Positions 28,294 through 40,845 of a DNA stretch of 64,000 nt are shown here, one piece after another. Both the position numbers and the translations under genes were made by a program. The notes under the pieces are model-generated. The model was not told the DNA's origin, did not search any database, and was given only the letters and a program-made list of their open reading frames with translations. Origin of the DNA: Nymphaea colorata. Lineage: Eukaryota. Within the stretch, counting starts at the first letter, position 1. Each line of letters opens with the position of its first letter. The stretch lies in contig NC_045138.2 of the NCBI RefSeq assembly GCF_008831285.2, positions 21,514,001-21,578,000 on the forward strand, written 5' to 3'.

Positions 28294-31200
28294 ATGAAGG
28301 TCAAGGTTATTTCTCGATCAGAAGATGAATTCACCCGCGAAAGGAGTCGAGACCTCCAGGTCCTTATCTCTACCTCTCCGTCTCTCTATTGGGAGTTGCT
28401 CTTTAGTTGTTGGGGTTTCTTATGTTCCTCGTTCTTGAGATTCTTTTGCTTACTCTTATTCTGATGTTGAAATTGCTGATCATGTGTCTATTGGAAAATG
28501 CTTATTAATCAGGCTCCTTACCTCTTTCTGTGCTATCTGGCAGTCCTGTTCTGATTTGGATGGTTTAGTTGCTTTGGTTTACATTACGTGTGAGACGGGA
28601 ATTTTCTCTGTTCTGGAGATTTGATAATTCTAGTGGGTTTGTCGGTTGTGGGTAATGTTGTTCACTTCCATGGCTGTTATTCTTGTTGTAGTCTCCTGAT
28701 GGATGTATAGAGTATTGATGCATAGAAGCGTCTACGTTAATGCTCTTATCCACTGTCGCTTAGGCGGAAAGATTTTCATTGCCATGGTATCTGGTTAGAG
28801 CATGAGTATCTTCGATCGATTCTACCGATGGCCAGAGCGGCGCATTTCCGGGCTGATAAAACAGGAAAGGAAAAAAAAGAGGATCTCCGAGATTTCTCTT
28901 TTTCACAAACTAATTTTTCTAGTTATACAGATTATTTCCCCTATGACGCTACAACATTCTTAAGATGCATTGAGCCAGCGACACCCATATCAGTTGCGTA
29001 AAAACTTCCCATGCTGCATATCCTAGACAGGAATATAAACTAAGTGCTCCGAGTGCATAATGGTCCTAAGAACTCCTGAAAACTCAAAGAAGTGCTGGCG
29101 ACATAAAACATATCGAGTGCATTTGTTATTGATAATCTCTTATTCTCTTGTACAGTATTATTAATTATTTTGTTTGTTATTTCTTTAAGAAAGTGAATGC
29201 TGGCGAAGGTTTGAACATTGAGTTCGTCTTGAAGCAATGAATGTTCTCACTAACTTGAATACGTAGTTTTGCTCAACACTTGCGTCTTTTTTTGGACAAT
29301 TGAACAAAAAGTTTCACTTTTTGATAACTCAAATCCATTTATTTAAGAAGGCTATATCTTTAAATGGACTAGTGAAATGACAGTTTAGTTGCTACTTCTT
29401 GGTCCTTGCTCGTCATGGTTCTTAGTTCATTTTCACCTCATCTGAAAAAAAGATGTTATCAAGTGGTCTTATCATTTTTCTGATTATTCAAATGGTCAAA
29501 TTATTCATTGGCTACCAGGGAACTGGAATTATGTTTAAATCATAGCCACAAATGTCGTTCTCGGGTTTTTATCGGTGAGGGTTTTCTTGAGTATTTGTCG
29601 GCAAAGTTATTCTTTTCGTCTCAGAGTTTTTCAAAAAAATAAAAAAATCACAATGTTAGGTAAAAATACAAAAAATGAAAAACTAATAAGTATTGTATTG
29701 CACTTAAGAGGTCAAGTTAAATACTTAAAGCAAGAGTGAATAAAACAATGAAACACAAGTTGGAAAAAATAAAAACAGAAAATGAAATAAAAAATAAATG
29801 ATAAAATCACGATAAAATCGGGTTTAAATCACAATAAATTCATTTTAACGTTTCAATATATCATGTTATTTTCCCGTTTTTATTTTTTTTTTGTTTTTTT
29901 CGTTAGTATCACTATATTTTTCAAAAATATCACAATATCTGTGGCTATGGACTTTAAACTTCTTTCTATGTTGGAGTCATGCAAAGGCCATCAATATGTC
30001 TTGTTCCCTGGGATCAGGGGTGATTTTGCTGGATCTTAGATTGTTTTGATGTTGTGTGATGCATGCCAATTTTGGAATTTGCATGTTTAAAATTTAAATA
30101 ACTACTTTGACATTGATAGGTAACACTTGTCTCATATTAAATCTGTTCTTGCCTTGTTATTACAGAGAGTATTTCGAAATTATGATCCCAGCCTTCATCC
30201 TCAAGAAAAGGCAGTTGAGTATGTCCGGGCTCTCAATGCAGCTAAGCTGAATAAGGTAAACCTCGTACACATAAGTTTATATAGTTACTTGGTGCATATT
30301 CCTTATTTCATTACCCACTTCTTGTGGACTTCAGATATTTGCAAAACCTTTTATTGGAGCCATGGATGGGCATATTGATGCTATTTCATGCATGGCGAAA
30401 AATTCAACTCATTTGAAAGGGATATTTTCAGGATCGATGGACGGAGGTATAACTCTGCGCTTTTTATCACTTGAGTTTGCTTTTGTTTTTTTTTTTTTTT
30501 TTTGGTTTTGGGTGTTGTGGGGGGTGGGGGGTGTTCTTTTAGTGCATGTTTTTTAAGTTTTATTTCATCCAGCCTTTATTTGGTGATTGTCATATGTATT
30601 AATGTGCATCCTCCAAATTGTCATTGTCTACTGAATGCTGGTTTTCTGCTCCTTTTTTGGGTTTTTGTTTTTGTTGGAGAAGGGAAAGAAAAAAGGTGGG
30701 GGGGGGGGGAGGGGAATAGTAACAAAGACTGCTTGTGTGCAAAGGAACTTCATTTAATTATGCAACATGGGGGTGTCATGGAGAATTTTGAAGCTTAGGA
30801 TTCGAAAAAAAAGGAAAAACTAATCCAAGGGATGTAAGAACTGCACATTAGTACCACTGAAGAGAAGGATAGTTCTTGAAAAGATGTTGGCAATTTGTGT
30901 TTCTCATCCCTGCATAAAATGCAACATCTTAATAGTCTCCCAAGGACTAAAACTGAGAGTTGATCGGTTATACTCATGTTGCTGCATAAGTTTGTCTCTT
31001 GCTTGTGCTATCTTGCTCCTTTTCTCACTCCCATTTTTCTCCCTTCTACATTCATTTTTTTTTTTCCTTTCTACTTTCTTCTTCTTCCTTCCTGCATTTG
31101 CAAGTACTTGGCAGAAGGAAAAGATATCTGAGCAGGTGAATACTATATCAAACCATGCAGCTGATGTTAGTAGTTCATGTCAGCCCTTGTTCTCATGCAT

Positions 31201-32788
31201 GGGCAGTGCTTTCAAGGTCAATCCTCAAAAGCATGGTGGTCTGCTAGTACCTCATTTTGAATATTTCATTTTGATTTTTGCATTGGTGAATGATTTTGGG
31301 TGACTAAAGTTCTGAAGATTTTTCTATTTTCTGCTACCAGGTTCTCTGACTTTTTGAACATTGGATTGGACTGAGGTGCCCAGTACCAATTATTAAAATA
31401 TGTTAATAATCGAAAGAAGAAACTTCTTTGTAACCTCCACACTCGACTAGGAAGCTGGGAGGCTTAATTTGGTTTTCAACTTTCATCAGCATATAGAAGG
31501 CTTAATTCAGTCAAGGTTAATCAAAGAAGCCTACATTTCGACTTTGTTGATAGCTATATGTGGCAGTGACCATGTGGTTGTGATGCTGAATTTTGAGGTG
31601 GGACGGTAACCTTTAGTGCTTACCATGTCGAAGAGTGGTGAGGTTTCTTTATGAAGTGGATGCAATTGTGTGCCGGGGTATGAAATGGAAGACTTAACAC
31701 CACTATGTCGAAATTTTAATTGGAGTTAAAGGAATTATTTGATGCATGACTAACATTAAGTGCTACTGAAAGTAGTTTGACTTTTGAATCACCAATGTTA
31801 ATGGAGAAAACTAAGATATGGTGTTCACCCTTAGTGTGAACTGTTTTATTGCATAAACTTGGGTCAAACTTACAATACAACCTGGTATTTCATAGTGACT
31901 CATTAAAAAAAAAAATCAGTAAGCCAAACTCGGCCGATGCTGAGTGGACTCGATAAGCCAATGATCTGGATGATTCAGGCCTGATTCGCATGCAGATTGG
32001 GTTTGACTGGGTCATGGCTTGGATCATGACCCAGTGTTTGTCTGATCTGGGCCAACTCTGGTGATCCCGAAGTTGGCTTGGTGAGTTTGCCAACTATGCA
32101 TTGTTTCTCTAAAATTTGTTTGATTGGGCTAAGCTTATATTTATTAGGCCTGTGATGTCATAGGTTTTATTCTCCGTAATTCAATAGGGTCTTCATATTC
32201 TCAATAATAATTTTGTTTTCCTTTTTTTTTCCAGCTATTCGACTATGGGATATAGCCTCCAGGTAAATATTATAAGTTGGCTTTTTATAAGCTTTTCTGC
32301 ATATACAGCACACTTTTGCCTTTTTCTTTGCTTAAACTGCAACCCTAGAAAATGAGGTGAAATCTGGTAAAAGCTACCATCAGAATTGTTTGCACCAATT
32401 ATGATGTCATCGCCCTCGTTAACAACTTGAACTTTTTAATTTTTTATGGCCTCCCCTTTTTAGTAGTTTTCATAACTGAGATGCTAGCACATGCTGTGGC
32501 AAATGACATGACTTTTGTAATGCTATATCACATAGCTGTGGGTACTGATGCGGGTGTGGATACTGGTTGAGAGCAATTCCAAAAGACTTAGGCCTAACAT
32601 GGTTACATGTATGATTTAAGTTGTAAAAACTGAAAACTGTATGTCGGTTGTTCAAGACCCTAAAATGTCTAGCTGGGATCCAATTTGATTGGCTAAAAAT
32701 TGACACACACACATATTTATACAGAAATAACGACAGAAACATATGTATATCCATACAGTGAATGTATATGTGTGTATGTGTGCGTGTG

Positions 32789-32838
<50 letters not shown>

Positions 32839-35800
32839 GTCAACTGACGAATGACTTGCTGACTAGTTGACTACTCTGACCAAATAATCACTGGTTTAAC
32901 AATGCAAGTCAGTTGACAACTGAGTCAACTGATTAGTTGGAATTTTGACTAAGACAAAGTAATGTTTTAAGCCAATAAGCAGTATCTTCAGTATTTATAT
33001 TTATGAAATATTTATTAATAAATAAAAAGCACCAAAATATATTTTGCCATCCCCACTAGCCGCTCCCTGTCCAGATATGTTAATGCAGGTGTAAATATTG
33101 ACTTTGGTGTGTCCATGTGACATAGCTGTAATGACAAGCAAATTGTAAAAACTATGGGGCTTACTAGTTGGATTGGTCCCTATCTGGCTTCTTCATATAT
33201 TTTGGTGGCTGGAATCTTACACTTTCTTGATCATTATACAGAAAAAAGAGTTGGTCCTTAAGATTTCCATTGTCACAAACATTGCCGGAGGTGCAATTCT
33301 GGCAATTTTCTTGTGAAGCCTGATAGAATCAGCCTAAAAGATCTAAGTGTTGGAAAATGTTATGCCAGTTAAGGAGTCCGAGGAAGTTCTTTCTACTACT
33401 TATCCAGTTTATGAAGCTAGTGATTTTCTGTTCTTTTTCTCTGTATGACTGACTGACTTTACTCTACCCGTTTCTTTGTTATTCACCAAGTCTTGTAAAT
33501 GTCAACAACCCCTTAAAAAAAATTTGTTTCATCTGTCAATTTTATTGGTGGAGCAAATGTTCTACCAGTTAAGGGTTATGAGGCAGGTTTTTCTGGTTTC
33601 TACTACTTATACAGTGTATGAAACATTGAAACTACTAATTTTCTGTTTTTTTCTGTAAGTTTTGACTGAGTTTCTTTTCTCATTCATTGCATTTTGTAAA
33701 TGTCAATGCTCACACCCCTAAAAAGAAAACTGATTCATCTGTAAGTTTGATTGGCTGAGGTTTCATTGCTTTTATAGTATTGGCTGTATGTTATAATTTG
33801 GTTAATGTCTTTATTTTATGGAAAAACAGGCAGACAGTTTGTCAGTTTCCCGGGCATAATGGTGCTGTGCGGGGTTTGACAGTATCTACTGATGGAAAAG
33901 TTCTTGTATCATGTGGGAATGATTGCACGTAAGAGTGCTTAGACATGTTTGTTATTTTGTACTTGTTCATAGTTGTTCTTGTATACCAAGTTGAACAGTT
34001 TTCAAGTTGTTTAATTATTTTTTTTTTTAAAATTTGTTTTGGGCCTTATCACAGTATTAGGCTTTGGAGTGTTCCTGTTGCAAGTTCTATTGGATCATAT
34101 ACTAAACCAGAAAAGCCGATGGAGGTTAGTACAGCTAAAGAAAGATACTTATGAGTAGCTTAATGGCATTTCAAAGTACACTGAACTAAATTACCTTTTT
34201 TACCAGCCTATATCAGTATATGTCTGGAAGAATGCCTTCAGGTGAGGTTTTACTGATTTTTTCTTTTTAGGTTTCATGTTGTATTTTTCCACTTATTGAT
34301 TATAATTATGACATCAACTAGCAAGAAATAAGATGTTTCAATTTGTATCTTGAAAGTTGTTCTCATAAATACTCATTTTTTATATGCACTGTTTTAGGGG
34401 GGTTGATCACCAGTGGGATGGCACTATCTTTGCTACAGTTGGTGCTCAAGTTGATATATGGGATCAAAACAGGTATTCATGCGATACTTTGCCCGTTCTA
34501 GTTTCTAAATATCTAACTGGCTTTCTTTGAAAGGTCGGAGCCCATAAGCAGCTTTGCATGGGGGAGTGACACTGTGGTCTCTGTTCGATTCAATCCTGCA
34601 CATCAGAGCATATTGGGAACATCAGCTAGGTATAACTGGCATACTTTTGGTTGTAATACTCTAATCACAATTTTGTATTCTACTTTTTAAGTTTTCATGC
34701 CCATTGAAATGCATACGTATATGTGCTTGACCAAATCTTTGAAGTTCGTTGACAGTAACTTTGCTTGATTCATGGTCCTCTTCTGCTTAGATTCATGGTC
34801 CTCTTCTGCTTTTGCAGTGACCGTAGTATAACATTGTATGACCTGCGTACTTCAACACCTCTGAAGAAAATTATAATGCAGGTATCATATATTGTCACCT
34901 TGCAACTGCACTATCACTGCATGGCAATTGGCAGTGAATTACTACTCGGGTTTGACTATGTAATTCGTAGAGTTTTTCTTTTCAGTATCTGACTGATTAT
35001 ACATAAAATTTCTTCAGGAAAAATAGTCATTTAAGAATTAGATACTCCTTTTCACCTGCATGCTATTTGAAAATCCACTCCAGAATTTGCATAAACATTT
35101 CTTGCGTGCACAAATAATTTTTCTTTTTTCCGCACATGTTATCAGCATGGTCACTGGTCAGAGAACTTGTAGTGTACCTTCTTCCAAACTCTTAACGTTT
35201 AATGTTCTTTAATTTATGATTAGTTTAAACCTAAAACGGTTCGCTCCTCCAAAACCCTAAAGCTCACAGTTCTCTTTTAGCTTATCTTATCTTTGTTCGG
35301 CACACGTCACTGTGCCTATTATCCAATTGCAAAAAATTTCAAGAATTGAGGTGGCAGAAGTGCAAATTCCTCATGCTTTCAGGCATTGGTTTCCTATGGA
35401 ATATGTATATTTTTGGTCTCTCTCTCTCTGCCCCTTTATGAATGTATAGGTGGTAATATTGAAAATAGTTGCAACTCCAGGCTTTGGGTATATATATATA
35501 TTGGTGAATTGTTGATAATTACATGATGTCCTCAATACTTTAGTCCCATATGCTCTGTAGGAGATTATAAATGTTCCAAAACATCATTTTTTGTTGGATC
35601 CATAAAAATGTATATGGAAGCATGATTTCTATCCTAAATTTGGACAATTTTCAGTCATTTCTAAAAATTATAGTTTTATGGATCAGTTACATAAAGAAGC
35701 AAAAAAAAAAAAAAAAAAACTGTTCTTTTTCACTATGGCCAATCTAAAAAAGAAAAGCTACCTTTATCTCTTTCACTGTCCATATTTTGAAAGACTGAAG

Positions 35801-38800
35801 TTAACTCAGAAGATATTTATATTATGAATATATGAGGCATTTATTGCAACATAATTTTTTTTGTCTTATTTGATGCATGTCTTTTTTTATTGTTTTCACT
35901 TATTGGCTGCCAATGTTATTCCTCTGTTAATCTGATGTTCTTGTCTAGCATTTTTGCTTGTATTCTGTAACAGTCAATATTATCTCTTTCCTACAGACAA
36001 GAACCAATGCACTTTCTTGGAATCCAAGGGAACCAATGAATTTTACAGCAGTAAGTCTTTTGTTCCTCAGATTGGACCCCTAGATTCACTTAATTTGATC
36101 TATATAGCAATCTATTCAACTCTATATGTGGAAAGAAATTAACTTCATAGGTAGTTTTGTGATCTATGAATATTATTACTTGTTGGCTGCTTCTCAGGCT
36201 GGAAGCCTACATACACACTGCAGCAATTAACTCCATTATTGATATTACATACTTGCACCCTCCATGTTATGGGGGAAGCTATGTTATCCATGAATCTAGG
36301 AAATTATCTAACATATAGATTATAGATAAGTCAAATGGTGCATGTCTTCTTTCTTTTCACTTTTACTTTTCTCTCAAAGCTGTCTTATTTTTATAATCTT
36401 GTAACCTAATATTCATTTTCTTTTCCCTTCTAGATAAAAGCTTTTCTTTTCGTGCTAAAGTGCGTAACTTTGATTAAGGGTTATTTTCCTTCACTATGGT
36501 AGTTTATAATATGATTTACATGCAATTGAAATGAGTCGTATGTTCAATTTCAGGCCAATGAAGATTGCAACTGTTATAGCTATGACATGAGAAAATTGGA
36601 AGAAGCAAAATGTGTGCACCAAGATCACGTTTCTGCAGTGTGAGTAGCATTCAGGAAATCTGATCAACAACTTTTTTGTATTCCACAAGCTTAATAAGCT
36701 TTTGGCTTATTTGGGTTCTGTTATTTTTTCCATCAGGATGGATATTGATTATTCACCAACAGGTAGAGAATTCGTGACTGGCTCATATGATAGAACAGTA
36801 AGTCGAGATTCTGGACATCATTTTGTCATTTAGATGTTCTTTCCTTGTATGGAGGAAGAGCAGTTCTTTAAATCACTTATCATGTTTAAAGTCTAAACTT
36901 CAGAATGATAATTTTTCTGATTGAAATTTGTGCAGGTAAGGATATTCCAATACAATGCTGGACACAGTAGGGAAATTTATCACACAAAGAGAATGCAAAG
37001 GTAATTTTCATTTGAAAACTTTCCTACTGATAACTGATGTTGGCTTGAACTTTGTTAGGCCGGCCTTTAACGTTTTTTAAATTCTCTCTTTTGATGCAGA
37101 GTATTCTGTGTAAAGTTCACTTGTGATGCTTCTTATGTTCTTTCTGGGAGCGACGACACAAATGTTCGCCTATGGAAGGCAAATGCATCTGAGCAACTAG
37201 GAGTGGTATGCTCTTTTTTTGTTTGTTTTTCTTTTTTAGAGGTGGTTTGTTGTTTTGAAAAGGGCCGGGGGGTGGGGGGTGGGGGAGTTGAGGTTGTGGG
37301 TTTGATGGACAAATTCTGTTGCTTTTCATGCTTGCCAGATGCTTATAGCATAGACAGTTCGTGTGCACCCTCAAGCATATAGCAGGCTTCGTTTCACATG
37401 CAAATTTATGTGCAATATAAAATAAAATGCTTAATGACTTTTATATGGCAAAGTTGGGAAATTTGAAAAGTGTCCATCTTTTGTGTTTCAGCAGGATGCT
37501 AAAGTTTGTTCTTAATGCTTGATCTTCATTTTGTGAAGAGTATACTTGTTCAAATACCCATACGTCTGCAAAGTTTAAGACCGCCTTTATAGCCTGATCG
37601 CTGTTGATTCTATTAGTAGTATCAGATGTTTGACTGAGCTCTTTAATGTATAGTGTGCACCTTTTTTTCTGTTTGTCTGAGTTGAAGAAAACATGGAGAC
37701 TCCTACTTGGCCCTTTTAATTAAGAATGACCAGTTCTGCAAGTAAGCATGGAATAGGTACAGGAAAAAGTGTGTATGATGCTTGAGGTGTTTCTTGGAAG
37801 CGTATGCCAGATTGTTCAAGGTCTATATTTAGTTGTTTTCCCATAAGGATTAGGAAATTTTGCTTGACCATTTTTTCCCACTGTTTGGTATATCATAAGA
37901 TCTCAAGGTCAGCTAGTGGTGACAAACCGTGGGGTCACGCAATATGGATGGCTTGCTAAGTTGCACCCTTCCATCTGAGGAGCCTTGAGACTTAATCCAT
38001 TATTGCTAATCTTCATGGTGAGCAGAGAAACGGAAAATGGAAAGCAAAGTCTCATGGAAGTATGGAGAAAAGAAGGACGTACTGAAGGTCCTGTAATCAT
38101 TCGTGATTTGACAATTTTGTCACGGAAAAGAGCTACTTCTCACAGAGATATTTGGTGTTCCTTTCTTAAGTTTTTGAATGACGTAATAGTCGACTGGTCT
38201 CTTTCTGGTTATGTACAACCGCATTAACGGTATCTTTATTTTGAGGGTGGAAGCACAAGCCTTTGAAAGAAGATTGTTCGCTGTAACTTCAATGTTGTGT
38301 TGGCATTTGTGTGTGCATGGTTATTCCATACCAACTGATATTTGATGTTTGCTTCAAGTTATCATTAGCAAGGTCATTCATATTTCAGAAACAAGCGTTG
38401 TGCTTGTGATTCTTTTCTCATGCAATCAAAAGACTGAAACATGTGATTTGAATTCAACATTCAAATAGCAGACAACTGAAACAAAATGAAATTCTTTTCA
38501 AGTATTTGTGGTGGTTGATTATATGCTTTAGTGCCTTCTGAAGTCTTGAATGTATAATCTGTCTTTTGTCATTTTTCTTCCTATCTGGCTAATGTGTGTG
38601 TTTTTCAGCTGCTTCCAAGAGAACGGAAGAAGCAGGAGTACCAGGATGCTGTAGTGGATCGTTATAAGTACCTTCCAGAGATTAAGCGAATTGTTAGGTG
38701 GGTCGTGTTTCTACATTAAACGGGCTGGTTCTTCATGCCATTCCTAAATAGTTACTGTGTGCATTTTGCAGGCATAGGCATTTGCCGAAGCCAGTCTACA

Positions 38801-38934
38801 AGGCTAGTGCACTTAGGCGGACAATCACTGATGCTGAAAAGAGAAGAGAAGATAGGAGGAAAGCTCACAGTGCACCTGGTTCTGTTGTCACTGTTCCACT
38901 TCGTAAAAGAAAAATTGTGGCATCAGTTGAATGA
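28294..38934 (+). CDS. DCAF13: DDB1- and CUL4-associated factor 13 / SOF1-like WD40 protein (SSU processome)
   Basis: 17 exons: 28294-28359, 30166-30255, 30335-30446, 32235-32262, 33830-33928, 34055-34124, 34207-34241, 34398-34472, 34534-34629, 34818-34881, 35997-36050, 36554-36639, 36737-36797, 36936-37000, 37100-37205, 38609-38697, 38772-38934; total 1359 nt = 452 aa. Motifs: MKVKVISRS, RNYDPSLHPQEKAVEYVRALNAAKL..IFAKPF, WD repeats, SPTGREFVTGSYDRT, GHSREIYHTKRMQRV, SGSDDTNVRLWKA, and the Sof1 tail PEIKRIVRHRHLPK. Confidence 0.97.
29541..29949. mobile_element. MITE, same family as 2347-2927, opposite orientation
   Basis: TIR CATAGCCACA / TGTGGCTATG; the left subterminal sequence resembles the reverse complement of ~2870-2927. 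Confidence 0.8.
32523..33125. mobile_element. hAT-like MITE (family of 25270) containing a nested GACTAG-rich element and a (GA)n microsatellite
   Basis: TIR CTATATCACA / TGTGACATAG; TSD TTGTAATG / CTGTAATG. The inner element ends AATTTTGACTAAG (~32953), the reverse complement of the end at ~44410. Confidence 0.7.
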
Positions 38935-39458
38935 GAACGATCAGGACATTGCGATGGAAAGTTTACGTTCGTGGCAAAAATATGACTTCTTGGAGTACGA
39001 TAGGTATTGTTGCAGTGTTCACCAGGACTCCAAAGCTGAGGTGCGCATGAAGTGGTAAATATATTCAGAGGAAATGTCTTCCGTATGTTCCATGAACGAG
39101 GGTTAAGATGACGCCTTGACGATTGTCATCCATCTGCAAACTCGCCAGTTTTCTAATGGTTGCGTTTGATCTATTCCTGCTGTCAGCAAGCGGGTTAAAG
39201 TCGGGGTTTGGAAATATAATACATTTGATGCTCCAAGTTCATGTTGCTTCCTGTTGCAGTTTTGGATTTTTTTTCTTTATACGGATTTTTATTTTCAATT
39301 GGGTGTCATGCATTATCATTTTTGTAAGCAAACGGTTGGATTTTAGTAGATTTATAAAATTGAATTTTGGTTCTCATAAGTATTTGACTCTCTGCTGCTG
39401 TTCGTTTTTGCATATTCACAATGATGAAAGAGCGGCAGATGCATGCGGCTCATTGCCA

Positions 39459-39578
39459 GATCAGATAAACGCGATCTCGATAAGCCCAGCTCTCTTTTTT
39501 AATTAATTAAATTAGTTTTATTTTTTGAAAAGAAATCACGCCCATGCAATATGGCCAATAAGGCTCGCTTATCTGATC
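39459..39578. repeat. Small inverted-repeat element, probably a mini-MITE
   Basis: GATCAGATAAACG / CGCTTATCTGATC arms around an AT-rich core. A Tourist-like remnant (GGCTTGTTTGG, 39598) follows. Confidence 0.5.
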
Positions 39579-40845
39579 AGTTACTCTCTTTACTTATGGC
39601 TTGTTTGGTTGTTGAAGGGAAAGGAAGGCAATTCCTTTTTTGTTGGTTGACTAATTAGAAAGGAGGGAAAAGAAGGAATTGGTTGCGAGGGAGGGAAAGG
39701 AAATGATAGATTAGTGTTAATCTAATCTCTTCAAAATTAAAGGGATTGAGATTGAAAGGGAAAGGAAAGAAAAGAAAGATGGAAAACTTTTTTTGCCCAC
39801 AATACTCATGAGGACCACACGTCTAAAAAAAAACGAAAGAAGATTTTAGTTCATTTTCATTCCAATCTTTTCCTTTCCATTCTTTTCCCTTCCCTTTTCC
39901 TCCCTTCATTTCCCTCCAACTTTTCCACTTGCGTCGTTTTTCTTATTGAAAAAAAAAAAGTAGTGCAACAAAAATTTTACCCTTTTAAGGGTGATGTATT
40001 AATGCAGGGCAGGAGGAACTTGGACACTAGCGTCGTCCCACTTTAAAAATGTAAGTTCAGTTTTTTTTTGTCCTTTTTAATGGTTGCAATAAGCAGGCTA
40101 TCTAGTATCTACTAGCATTTAAAAATATAGACTTATAACGTTTAACAGGTAGAAATGCAACCCATTGGATTAAGCAAACGTTAAGAAGAGTACATGACAT
40201 AGCAATAATAAAAATAAAGACAAAGATTTAATAACTTTCACTTTTGGTAAGGCACAAAAACGATTTTTGCTTTGGGAAGAAGTTTTTCAAAATTCGAAGA
40301 GATTAAAGAAAGGTGTGAACTAGGAAAATGCAAAATGCTAACTTCGGTTACGGTTTTGAGGTTTATTTATTTGTTCTGTTGTCTTCGTAATGAATTGGAC
40401 GAGAAAGAAAGGGAAACAAAAAAAAGAGAAAAAAAAAAGAAGAAGAAAGAAGGGCCGAAGCCGAATATTCTTTACCGTTTCTGTGTGCTTCCTCTCTCAG
40501 ATTCATACCTGACGACGGTTCGTACTTGGGTGCTCCGCCGTTAGGAGTCGATCTCCGTTTCATTACATCTTCCCCTTCTTTTCCGGGTGTACCCATCTCG
40601 TTCAATTTGGTTGAGCCAACGCGGTTTGCCTGGAGGGAGGCAGAGGCAAGTTCTCTCAGAGGAGAGGGAGAGTGAGAGGGGGAGTCGATTTTTCGTGCTA
40701 GCGTCAGTCGATGATTGCCGTAAGTGTTTCCATGGTGGGAAATTGAGCCGGTCGATGGCGGATCGAGGTCCACGATGAGGGTGGATGAGACACCTTCTTT
40801 TTCTCTCCGTTGGTCGTCGTCGCTGTTGCTGCTTAAGGGAACAGA

